DNA of 64,000 nt from Squalus acanthias (Eukaryota), in contig CM059432.1 in the NCBI GenBank assembly GCA_030390025.1, positions 15,502,001-15,566,000 on the forward strand, read 5' to 3'. Shown here piece by piece: positions 51,246-62,547 of this stretch (within the stretch, counting starts at the first letter, position 1; each line of letters begins with the position of its first letter). The notes below the pieces were generated by a model. The model was not told the origin of the DNA. It searched no databases and saw nothing but the letters and a program-made list of their open reading frames with translations. The translations under genes were made by a program, and so were the position numbers.

Positions 51246-51931
51246 GGCCCGGAATTTGCGGTCAGCAGCGAAGCGAAGGCGTTCTCTGCTGGCCCCGAAG
51301 CTCGCTCCGCACAAGGGTCTCGCGATCCCTGAGTCGGGTTTTTTCGACCTTCAATTCAATTCAACGGACTAGTGGGGATTCCCTTGTTCAAACTGCTGTG
51401 ATGTCAACAGGCTGTCTAAGCAGCCAATCAAAACGCAGAATTCTCACAGACAACAAACAAGGAAGTGAGTAAGCTCTTAGAATTCTAACTTTTTAAAATA
51501 GTTAGAGAGAGCAAAAGGAAGATTGGGGCTCTCACATGGGGAAAAGGCATTTTATTAAAATGGACAAATTTCACACGGCACAAAATTAAAATTAGTTTTC
51601 CAAGTCCTTAACCTTTGTTTAGCAGTCAATACGCTGTTAAAACCCCAGTTACACCTCATCCCTTTGGGTCTAACTTTTAGTGGGGAATTGAACAGCGTAA
51701 TTACTGCGGAAGAGTCGAAGTTTTCGTCAGTTTCAATGATTTGGCTGATTACACGGATTGCCGGCTGTGTGGGGGATCTACAGCGCAGCCTGTTTCGGAG
51801 CTGTCAATGACTGGCTGCAACTTTGGGATTTCCCCATGTGCCTGCAAATCCCGAAGTTGCGGTCAGTTTCAAAGGCAGAATGACAGCAAACGCTGCCAGT
51901 TCGCCATCATCCCGACTGCAAATTCCAGGCC
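51246..51931. mobile_element. Harbinger-type MITE
   Basis: TIRs GGCCCGGAATTTGCGGTC / GACTGCAAATTCCAGGCC (16/18); flanks AAT/CAT. Confidence 0.75.
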
Positions 51932-52520
51932 CATACTCTATTAATCATAGGTTACTGTTTAGCAGCATCTATACGTAGATATTTGACTAAGAAAGATTTA
52001 CATTTAAATGGTACTTTGATCTCTCAAAAAATGTTACACCCCTGTAACAGCTGAGAAGAAAATTGGCCCAAATCTGTTCTCATGCAGAACGCAGAGGTCA
52101 CTTTATACAAGATTGTACAAGAATAACCTATGTAGCATATCAGGTGGAACACAGGGATGGTGTAAACCTGTGGTGAAAACAGTATTGAATATGTGCTTAC
52201 ACCCAGAAAATACTTTGCAAACCAAACAAAAGAAAAACACATCTCCTTAAAATAAACAATCTTTGTTAAATTGAAGAAAAGCTGTTTTGAATTTATTCTG
52301 AGTTTTTGAAAGTCTATACATGGTAAGTTTAGCTCCCTAAGGCATAACTCTGCAAACTCATTTTCTTAAGTATAGCATGTGCATACACATGATAAATACA
52401 TGTTGTGACTCAAAAGAATGTAGTCCATGTTCATGAGCAAGTTCCACAGCTAACAGGCTCAAATTGTACTCAAGCCCTCCAGGCCATAAAAGTTCAGATG
52501 CTCAAAAGAGAAACTAGTTC

Positions 52521-53420
52521 TTATTTATTGTCCCTTTTGGGTTTCAAATAATCAAAGAGAGGTTCGAGCCCCTCTTCTACAAGGTCTGCCAGTGGTTTAG
52601 CAAGGGGGTTACGCTTGACGTGAAGCCCCGTATCTAGCGCATGGCAGGCGACCCTTTCCAACTCAGTCAGCATGGGGAGGTTCGTGGGAAGGTTTTCAAT
52701 GTCATTATAGTTCACATTGAGCAGTTTAAGGGGTCTCATCAAACAGATTGATTTGGGCAGGAACCGAAGCCTGTTTTTCTCTGCAATAAATATCCTCATG
52801 TTTTCCAGTTGCCCAACACTTTCAGAAATACTTTCAATTTTGTTGTGGCCTATGTGTAAGAAAGTTAATCTTCTCATCCTGTAGACACACGTGGGCAATT
52901 GCACCAATCGATTGTTGCTTAAATTGAGTTTTTCCAGTTTCCTCAGGTCCTCCAAGTTCTCGGGGAGAGATGAAATCACATTGTGTGAGAGGCTCAGGAC
53001 CTGTAGCTTTTTGCAGTGGCTCAGTTCTGACGGCACTTCTTTGAGACAATTCCAATCAGCGAATAGAACCTTCAGTTTCCTCAACGTTCCAATTTCTTTT
53101 GGCAAAGCAGCCAATTGATTTCCCAACAAATTTAGTACGACCAAATTATGAAGGTTCTCGACGCCAGGACTGATACTAAGAAGGAAATTATGTGACACAT
53201 TGAGTTTTTCTACTTCAGTTACCTGCCAAATAATTTCAGGGATTTCTGTCATTTCCATCATTGCTAACCCCAGAGAGCTGAAGCCGTAAACGGTCTTCAA
53301 TTGGCTCCTTATCTCAGCAACCAAAAGTACTTCCTCATCTTCTGAAGGAATTGGTCCTTTCTTTTTTATTGATTTTCTTAGCTCTTCTTTCGAAACAGTC
53401 TTCGACGCACAAATTCCCAT
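52521..53420 (-). CDS. LRRC30: Leucine-rich repeat-containing protein 30-like, single coding exon, 299 aa
   Basis: Uninterrupted ORF with about 8 LxxLxLxxNxLxxLP repeats. The C-terminus GLHVKRNPLAKPLADLVEEGLEPLFDYLK and the segment EVEKLNVSHN..VVLNLLGN..LKVLF..NCLKEVPSELS.CKKLQVLSLSHN match LRRC30 as I recall it. N-terminal MGICAS. Splice acceptor (ttttacttttacag) at 53475 just upstream of the ATG; candidate AATAAA at 52292-52297 (-). Confidence 0.88.
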   Translation of the reverse strand: MGICASKTVSKEELRKSIKKKGPIPSEDEEVLLVAEIRSQLKTVYGFSSLGLAMMEMTEIPEIIWQVTEVEKLNVSHNFLLSISPGVENLHNLVVLNLLGNQLAALPKEIGTLRKLKVLFADWNCLKEVPSELSHCKKLQVLSLSHNVISSLPENLEDLRKLEKLNLSNNRLVQLPTCVYRMRRLTFLHIGHNKIESISESVGQLENMRIFIAEKNRLRFLPKSICLMRPLKLLNVNYNDIENLPTNLPMLTELERVACHALDTGLHVKRNPLAKPLADLVEEGLEPLFDYLKPKRDNK

Positions 53421-54571
53421 CCTTAATTGCTAAGGCTCCTATATAATTTTTTCCAAGGTTTACGTATTGGTGACCTGTAAAAGTAAAATTGACAGTGTTC
53501 AAGATAATACACCATTGCATTAAGCAAGCAAGGTCAATAAGACGAATTAAGTGGTCAACATATATACCATTTATACTATACAGGTTGCATTGCACTATAG
53601 TTTTAGTTTGGCTTTGAGCCAAACTGCGCAATGCAATTCGAGTACAAGCACTTGGCACAGGGAACAGTAGGAAAGGCAGGAGGTGGAGAAAGATGCTACA
53701 GTTTTGAGGGAATGTTTCTGACGTATGACTGCTACTGTAGCGGAATCTGCTAGCCGCATGTGTTGGACTACACTGCAAGGAATACAGGGCTTTCAGATTG
53801 CCTTGGAGTGAGTGAGAGTCTGTGGTGCAGTCCCCAGCAATTGCTGCCATGACGCCAGTCTCAATATCTCTCATGAATGCCCAGACTGCTGACATTCAGG
53901 CATTGGGCTGACCTCCACTATGGACTGCCTAATGGAAGAGCTGGGACAAATGGGGAGAGACAAGATCACGGATTTCAGGAGTGTGACCAATGCTATTGTC
54001 TCAGTTATCACACCGATCAGATCACACTGAAGGCATGATCAGAGCTGAAATAGGATCTGTGTTGGTGGATGCCACATGCTTTCCAACCTGCAGCACCAAC
54101 AACCAACTGTGTTTCTACAACCCCCACCACCAACCACCCCCCCACCCCACCACCGCCCCCCATCCCATCAACTGCTGCTGAGCCTGAGAGCACGCAGAGC
54201 TGGGCCACTGCCCTCCCAACCCCACCGCCACCACCCACCCCCGAGAGGCAGTCACAGCCTGAGCCATCTTGATTCCAGAAGCTCAATCAGGGACTCAACT
54301 ACCAACCCCCACAGCCCTAGTCCTGTTATAGTGGTCACACCAGGTAGAGGCAGAAGGATAGAAAGTAGAACACAACAGACGCCTACTTATAGGAGGGGTA
54401 GGCATGGTGGGGAAAGGGTTTAGAGGTAGGCAAATAGATAGGTTTGCATGTAAATAAAGCGTATTAGAGCACTGCAAGTGGTGGTTCTTTGTGTACTTGC
54501 TCAGAGTTCTGTTTCGTTTTGTTATGATAATTGGTGGGAGTTTCTCAGTGTTTTTAGGTGGTATTGATCAA

Positions 54572-55506
54572 CATGTCATCGATGACGACGAACACCTTGC
54601 TAAGGCCATCCCCACGCCTCCACTACACGCCTTCAAGCAGCCGCCTAACCTCAAAAGTACCATCGTTCGCAGCAAATTACCCAGCTGTCAGGAGAACAGC
54701 GACCACGACACCACACAACCCTGCCACGGCAACCTCTGCAAGACATGCCAGATCATGAACACAGATACCGTCATCACACGTGAGGACACTACCCACCAGG
54801 TACATGGTACATACTCATGTGACTCGGCCAACGTTGTCTACCTGATACGTTGCAGTAAAGGATGCCCCAGAGCATGGTACATCGGCGAGACCATGCAGAC
54901 ACTGAGACAACGTATGAACAGACACCGCGCAACAATCGCCAAGCAGGATGGTTGCCTCCCAGTCGGGGAACACTTCAGCAGTCAAGGGCATTCAGCCTCG
55001 GATCTGCGGGTTAGCGTTCTCCAAGGCGGCCTTCGTGATACACGACAACGCAAAATCATCGAGCAGAAACTGATAGCCAAGTTCCGCACTCATGAGGACG
55101 GCCTCAATCAGGATATCGGGTTCATGTCACGCTATAGAACGTGACTTGACATCGTTGCCGGTCTTTCCAGTTTTAAAAAAAAAACAAACACAAGAAACAA
55201 ACACAAAAAATGGAGAGGATATGCAGCCAGCAGGTGTTCTGACGCGTTGGACCCCCTGGGACACATCTCATTGTCTTGGCTGTGCTCTTAGTGTGTCTTT
55301 GATGTAGGGAAAGATTTAATCTATGCATTTTCTCTGTGTTTTTATATTCTGTGAATTCTGATAGATTCTCTCACAGTAACTTTGCCTGACGAAGGGGCGA
55401 CAGCTCCGAAAGCTTGTAATTTTAAATAAATCTGTTGGACTATAACCTGGTGTTGTGCGACTTCTCATTTTTGTCCACCCCAGTCCAACGCCGGCATCTC
55501 CGCATC
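54572..55506 (+). mobile_element. Penelope-like element 3' part (GIY-YIG + pLTR + tail)
   Basis: FKQPPNL, PCHGNLCKTC, NVVYLIRC..WYIGET..LRQRMN.H, GLN; 8-bp TSD TTGATCAA (54564-54571, 55507-55514). Confidence 0.9.
55382..55419 (+). ncRNA. Minimal type I hammerhead ribozyme motif (Penelope family A)
   Basis: TTGC-CTGACGA-A-GGGGC GACA GCTCC-GAAA-GCTT-GTAA. Confidence 0.7.
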
Positions 55507-55966
55507 TTGATCAATGTTGAATTTGATGACTCTGTCTAACTCTTGGAGCAGTGAATCTCTGACCTGTGGCTATACATCAGTGTACTGCTGACCAGCTAAT
55601 GTTTGCCATGTCCTCTATTACCCCCTGAAATGTTCCTCATGCATGTTATCACTTTTACAGTGACAAGGAGAGCGTAACTAGCCTGAACCATGGCTCCAGC
55701 TCTTCTCACTGGAGGTCACAAATTTCTCTGACCTCAGTCTCCATATGCACTGATCTCTGATAGGTTCAGCTATGCACTCCAGGGACATTAGGAGCAGTTA
55801 TGAGGGTATGGACAAACACAACACCTCCTTCTCTGATGTTGCCTGATCACCCTGGCACCCAACATCATTCCTGTTCATCTTCTGCCTCCTCCTCCAGGTA
55901 GCATAGATAAAGCGGGAACATAGGATCTTAGGACCTGCTAGATGAAAAAAGACCAAGGTCCATCTT

Positions 55967-56099
55967 CTGATGAAAGGTTATCAACCTGAAACGTTAACTC
56001 TGCTTCTCTCTCCACAGATACTGCCTGACCTGCTGAGTGTTTCCAACATTTTCTGGTTTTATTTCAGATTTCCAGCTTCCGCAGTATTTTGCTTCTGTG
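55967..56099 (+). mobile_element. 133-bp Penelope family B pLTR insert beginning at the hammerhead core
   Basis: CTGATGA-A-AGGTT ATC AACCT-GAAA-CGTT-AACT; 14-bp TSD CCAAGGTCCATCTT (55953-55966, 56100-56113). Confidence 0.82.
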
Positions 56100-57049
56100 C
56101 CAAGGTCCATCTTGTCCGCCTTCTACCGTACTGGTAGTCGCATGATACGATAATGGAATTGTTAACTGATCATGGCAATAAGTCTACAACAGACCCAGAC
56201 ATGATGCAAGGAAAACCCCAGTGATGGAGAGCTTTGAGAACCATAGGTCCAAAGTCACCTGTTCCTCCAAGCGCGCTACACTTACCACATGTCACATCTC
56301 AAATTACTCATATACTGTAACCCAAAATGTTATTTTCTGAAAGGGACATCATTAGATCCAGTGGTCGTGAAAGGCGCTATATAAATGCAAGTCTTTCTTT
56401 TCTTTCTTTCTTTCTTTCTTTCAGTTTGGTGGCTGGGCTTGAACATGAAAAATCATTGGTTTTGTGTCAATTCAACAGAACAGGAATATGTCTCATAAAT
56501 AAAACATGCTATTCATAAAGTCCTCCTATTAATCAGTGTACCACGGTCATGTTCCTCTCCGATTTTACAACAGGATAACACATTTCAGTTATTATATCTT
56601 TAAATGTGTTAATACTTTAAAACATTATTATCTCAATGATATAATGCAGTTTCATACAGAGAATAATACACACCTGGAGATATGAGACAATAATGTCACC
56701 AAGGAAGGAAGTAAATTTGAGTAATTGATAAGTGTCATCTGAACTCTTTGGTGATATTAGTCTCATAATCACTTCCAGTCTCAATTATGATTGTTGATAG
56801 TTTTGTTCCCCTTTCACCATGTTATTCTCTCACGGTAGGTGTGACTCAGGAGACTTTGAGTAGTTGCTATGTCATGACATCTAAACTAAAGGACCAACAG
56901 TTCTGATACAATAACTGTAAGGTTACCTAGTGATAATCAATGATTGATTACAGGGTGCTCAGTGACTATTCTCCCTCCCTTTTGTGAAACAGTTTGGAAT
57001 ACCTCACTGTGTTAAAGCTGCTATATAAATGCAAGTTGCTGAAATAATC

Positions 57050-57785
57050 TAGAATCATAGTATAATACAGCACAGAAGGAGGCCTGTGCAGGCTCTTTGG
57101 TAGGCCTATCCAATTAGTTCCACTCCCCTGCTCTTTCCCCATAGCCCTGTAATTTTTTTCCTTCACGTGTTTATCTAATTCCCTTTTGAATGTTACTATT
57201 GAATCTGCTTCCACCACCCTTTCAGGCAGTGCATTCCAGATCACAATTCACTGTGTAAAAAAGTTTTTCCTCATGTCGCCTCTGGTTCTTTTGCCAATCA
57301 CCTTAAATCTGTGTCCTCTGGTTACCGATCCTTCTGCCATTGGAAACAGTTTCTCCTTATTTACTCTATCGAAACCATTTATAATTTTGAACCCCTCTAT
57401 CAAATCATCTCTTAACTTTCTCTTCACTAAGGAGAACAACCCCAGCTTCTCCAGTCTCTCCACATAATTGAACTTCCTCTTTCATGGTACCTGACATGAA
57501 TCTTGTCATTCATGTGGAAATGACTTATGAAATAATACTGGGCGGCCTGCTGGTGGCGCTGTCCAGGGAGAGTATAAATACTCGGGCACGGGCCCAGCTT
57601 GCGCGGGACATTCTTAACAGGAACTAGTGAAGGACACAACTAGAGCTCCATGTTGAAAAACAGTTGATTAAAGCTTTGTTTAATGCTTAGACCAAGTGCC
57701 TAGTAGTTTTCTTACGTCAGTACCATTCTAGTAAATCTTTTCTGCACCCTCTCTAAGGCCTTGACATCCTTCCTTAAGTATGGTG
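57050..57785 (-). mobile_element. CR1 3' fragment interrupted by a solo LTR
   Basis: ERLEKLGLFSL..TRGHRFKVIG; CR1 coding resumes at 57720. Confidence 0.85.
57492..57719 (+). mobile_element. Solo LTR (228 bp)
   Basis: TG...CA ends with short inverted termini (TGACATGA / TTACGTCA), 5-bp TSD GTACC, TATAAATA near 57574, ATTAAA near 57667. Confidence 0.8.
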
Positions 57786-58254
57786 CCTAGTCATCCAGTC
57801 AATATCTATGACATAGATCCGAGTTCTCAACAGTACTCAGTATGTAACTCAGAAGGACAACCCCTTTGATGGTACAAGGCAACAAACAGTAAAATATCTA
57901 TTAAATATTTTATTTTATTTTAGTAATTTTCTCCCATTGCTTTCCTGAAATTAGCAACACAGGCTTTCAAGGGCAGTGCAGCCTTTCCCCAAAGCCACGA
58001 ACTGCAGATAAAATCAGACACAAATCCACAGAAGCTTCGCTGAACAATTAGCCACTAATTGACTTCAGGGTGTGCCTATTTAAATCACTTGCCCATAGGT
58101 TCATCACAGCTTCATTTTCACAGCTAAACATCACAACCATACTCTTGACTGCCCATAAGCAATGTCATGAGGCAGAGCTTCCACTGTGAGGCTTGTGTAT
58201 TTTATACACGTACATTTTTTATGATGATCTCCTGTGGTGTTGCTCATGGTGAGC

Positions 58255-58530
58255 CAGAGGATCCACTGTCTGCTCGCTCAGGCGGACGTAAAAGATCCCA
58301 CGGCACTATTTCGAAGAGCAGGGGAGTTATCCCCGGTGGCAAGGCCAATGTTTATCCCTCAACCAGCATAACAAAAACAGATTATCTGGTCATTATCACA
58401 TTGGCTGCCGCGTTTCCCACATTACAACAGTGACTCCACTCCAAAAGTACTTCATTGGCTGTAAAGCGCTTTGAGACGTCCGGTGGTCGTGAAAGGCGTT
58501 ATATAAATGCAAGTCTTCTTCTTCTTCTTC
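58255..58530 (+). mobile_element. Deu-type SINE, 5'-truncated (other partial copies at 48420-48620 +, 56357-56420 +, 61835-62016 -)
   Basis: Body and tail identity to 1620-2080. Confidence 0.8.
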
Positions 58531-58989
58531 AATATAAATATTTGTGCCATGTAGGGGATAACATCAGGGCCACTGACGTACATGGCTGAAGAAACCACAT
58601 TTTGTTTGTATTAAATGGTATCCGATGCTTCAGGATCGCGTTCTCTGACTGTGTCCATTATTCTATGTCTAACACACATTCCTTTACCCGCAAATCTAAC
58701 TTTTATTCCTTACCAGTTTTAAAGCTAAGAATGCACAGCATGGTAATACGCAAAACGTTAGATATCTGAGGGTAGAAAATGCACCATTTTATATGGTGCA
58801 ATTCCGGCTGAAATCCAGTGAGGGGTGGGGGGGGGGGGAGGTCAGAAAATGGGGGAACCGAGTTCTGCCAGATATCTGCCCTTGTTTAATTCCACAAGAA
58901 ATCCTGATCCGATGGGAGTGGGCGGTTTTCTGATGTACTATAGGGAGTAATTGTCTGGATGCATTATCTCAAACATGGCATGTATATAT

Positions 58990-59317
58990 ATTTTTTATTA
59001 TTCATTCATGGGATGTGGGCATCGCTGGCAAGGCCAGCATTTATTGCCCATCCCTAATTGCCCTTGAGAAGGTGGTGGTGAGCTGCCTTCTTGACAATTG
59101 AGTGGCGTGCTAGGCCATTTCAGAGGGCAGTTAAGAGTCAACCACATTGCCGTGGGTCTTGAGTCACATATAGGCCAGACCAGGTAAGGATGGCAGGTTT
59201 CATTCCCTGAAGGACATTAGTGAACCAGATGGGTTACATGGCCACCATTACTGGTACTAGCTTTTTTTTTATTCCAGATTTATTTAATTAACTGAATTAA
59301 AATTCCCCAGCTGCCGT
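58990..59317 (-). mobile_element. SINE-like derivative of LINE family B (5' UTR fused to 3' tail)
   Basis: 58990-59094 matches 4722-4822; 59094-59317 matches 7620-7858. Confidence 0.82.
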
Positions 59318-61022
59318 ATATGGGTGCAGGCTTATGGATCATCAGGGTCTTGTGTCGGGAATTCCCTGAGAGCTGTCCTGCTCCGCAGCCATAACTTCAC
59401 TAGAAGTGCAGTGGAAACCCCATTTACCCAGATAAACGGGGCGAGGGCGGTGGAGTGGGAGCAGTTCCAATGAAATTCCCAGCCTTGCTCTGCTTATGAG
59501 AAATGGCCGTTTATTGTCAACACAAGATAGATATAATAGGAGAAAGGCCGAGCTGTAACTTGAGTGTCATCCAATTGTAAAAAATTACGTATCAACTTTT
59601 ATAATAATATATATCAGTGTTTAGGAGGTTACTCAGCCTTAAAAAAATGGAATAATATAAAATAATATAGAATCCTGGGGGTTTACTCAACATCTAGCAG
59701 CCATTTGTAATCTCCTTTACATAGTTTCATTACTTAAGAACCAATTCATTAATTTCTAAAGTGTTAGTAAAACCTTTGCATGAAAATGTTTAAGGCTATG
59801 AACAACACTGCATCAAGTCATGACTGAGTTTTGGTTACTCTAACGTTGAAGCATTTTGATAATCATCAACAGCACTTGCATTGCTCAAAGCAGTATTTAA
59901 ATCAATGCGATAAAAATATGAGCAGCAATGTCATTTTCTAAATACGACGCATGTACTTACAACGAATAAAGTCAAGTCTTCTCGCTGAGCTCCGTACACC
60001 GCAGAGAGTGCATCGCTTTTGTAATTGCTGACGAGGTCAGTTAAAGTGATACCGAATTTGAGAATGCAGCTGCTTCTGTCACTTGGCCTTATATAAGAGT
60101 GATAGAACTTCTGGTATACAAATAGATCACTCATATTACTCGTTTGATTTTTTTTTTTGTTGCCTTAAGATTGCCTTTCGTTTTCAATTAACTAAGCAGC
60201 TCTTACAGGGGAATGAACGTCAATACACTCAAAGCTCCTGAGTTCTGCCTTAATTTTAAAGCCCGTGCATTTTCTCAGATTTTAAGTCCACTTGCGGAAA
60301 AAAATCCATTCTGTTGTGTTGCACCCAGCAAGAATCTGGAATAAAGAATTGGATAGCTTAGGACTTAATCATTTTTGAGCAGTCCAGCCCTGAATTCCAG
60401 ACGGTAATATAGCAGAGGGTCCTTTAGTAACATCAAGCAATAGATATACTCTATTATTTGAACGGTGACAGACGCATTTCTTCACACTTTGCCTTCATCT
60501 TCGAAAGATTAATTTGACATCATTTTCTTATATGCTTTGCAACACTGCAAAAATGAGTAACATTGCAAGGTGTGGGCCAGGTCACGCGTACAATTTCCTT
60601 CAATTTACTTCTTTTCAGCAATTCACCACACAGTGTGAGCCAGACCATCCATACACTCCTTTTTATTATGAAGAAAAATGTGGGGGGAAATGGGCTAATA
60701 ATGCCAGTAGCCTTCTCAAAGTGACACATTAATCTGAATGAGGGAGTTAGAGTGTGTTTGGTGCATTCACTTTTTTGTCATGTGCCATCCCTTGCCAAAG
60801 CAGCAAATGGCTAAGAGGCTCACTGCAGCACAGATCTGGTGCAGTGGTACCTCTGACACCTGGGCTCATTATCCAGTCTAGACTCATGGGATGAAAGTTT
60901 CATTGGCTGCAGATTGTAATTCATAATGAGAAAGTGATAAGAGGAGCAAAAGGGGAATATGAAGGAAAAAAAACTTGTAAGGAATATCAAAGTTAACAGT
61001 AGAATTCTTTTATAAATATATC

Positions 61023-61765
61023 GGGCCGGATATTCCGATCCCTTACGGGTGGGTACGCGCTGTGTGCACACCCGTGGGGACATCGGAAATGCCGGTTTCA
61101 GGCATGCAAAGCACATGCGCTGAAAACCGGCATTTCCGATCTGTCAAGAATTCTCTTGACATATCGGACGCCTGCCCTGGAGAAGGGCCTCTGCGGGGGG
61201 AGAGTTCCGCTTTCTGGAGAACCTCCGCCCACAGAAAACCCTTAGAAATCTTACGCCTGGTAAAAGCAGGCGTAAGGCCTGCTTTTACCAGCATAAGATT
61301 TGAAAAAAGTTAAAAAAAACATTTTTTTCACTCATTTATCATTTAAAAATACTTTAAAATGGTAAGTTTATTTTTAGCCCCGTAAAAAACTTTAATTATT
61401 TTTTTCAAAAAATAAAATTTTTGTTTAAAATGTTTAATTTATTGTAATTTAAACTAATTTTAAAAATGTGATTTTTTTTTTTAATTTATTTAATGTTTTA
61501 CAGTGTTTTTGGGGGTGATCTCCGTTCATATATTTGACAGGTCTATCTGTCAAGTGTATGAAGGGAGATACCCTTCTTTGATTGGCTCCCCATGGCCACA
61601 TGATCCCAGGGATGCTTGCGAACCGCATGCGCCTCTGGGATACGTGGGCCCTGCACATTTTGAGTTGGAGAGGCCCAGGAGCGGAAGTGTCCGGACCTCG
61701 GGAGCCCTCAGGTAAGTCCGTAGATTTTTTCCAGATTGGAGGCCTCCGATCGTAAAATACGGCCC
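61023..61765. mobile_element. Harbinger-type MITE (related to 2619-3361)
   Basis: TIRs GGGCCGGATATTCCGATC / GATCGTAAAATACGGCCC (15/18); flanks ATC/ATT. Confidence 0.78.
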
Positions 61766-62547
61766 ATTAAGAGAAAGAAAGTGGTAAGGGGAAATTTGGG
61801 TCCATTAAAGGCAGATGCAAGTGAGACTATAATAAGGAAAGAAAGACTTGCATTTATATAGCACCTTTCACGACCTCAGGACATCACAAAGTGCTTTACA
61901 GCCAATGAAGTACTTTTTTTGATGTGTAGTCACTGTTGTAATGTAGGAAACGCGGCAGCCAATTTGTGCACAGCAAGCTCCCACAAACAGCAATGTGATA
62001 ATGACCAGATAATCTGACAATGAACAATAAGGAAATGGCCGACTTGTTAAATGAATACTTTGCAGTAGAGGAAGATTACAAAATACCAGCAGTAAAAGGG
62101 AACCTATAAATAAGGCAAGGGGAGGAATTGATTGGATTTAATATAAGTTTAAAAAATGGTAATGGAGAAAGTAATGTGAGTTAAGATAGACAAATCTCCA
62201 GGACCTGACAGTTTCGACCCCAGGGTATGAAAAGAAATAGGTGAGAAAATTGCAGATGTGTTCGGCATGATTTTCCAAAGCTCGGGAATTGTGCCTTTGT
62301 ATTAGAAAATTGCAGATGTCACTCCATTATATAAGAAGGGAGGGAGGGAGAAACCAGAAAACTACAGACATGTCAGTTTAATATCAGTTGTGGGTAAGTT
62401 ATTAGAATCCATCATCAGGGTCATGGTGGCTGAGCACTTGGACAAGTATGAGCTGATCAAAAAGAGTCAGCAAGGATTTGTAAAGGGCAGGTCATGTCTG
62501 ACTAATCTAGTTGAATTTTCTGAAAAGGTCACTAACATAGTGAATAG

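Noticed and set aside
53335..54480. ORFs upstream of LRRC30 as additional coding exons
   Set aside because: Low-complexity or non-homologous, and the LRRC30-like ORF already has a complete MG start.
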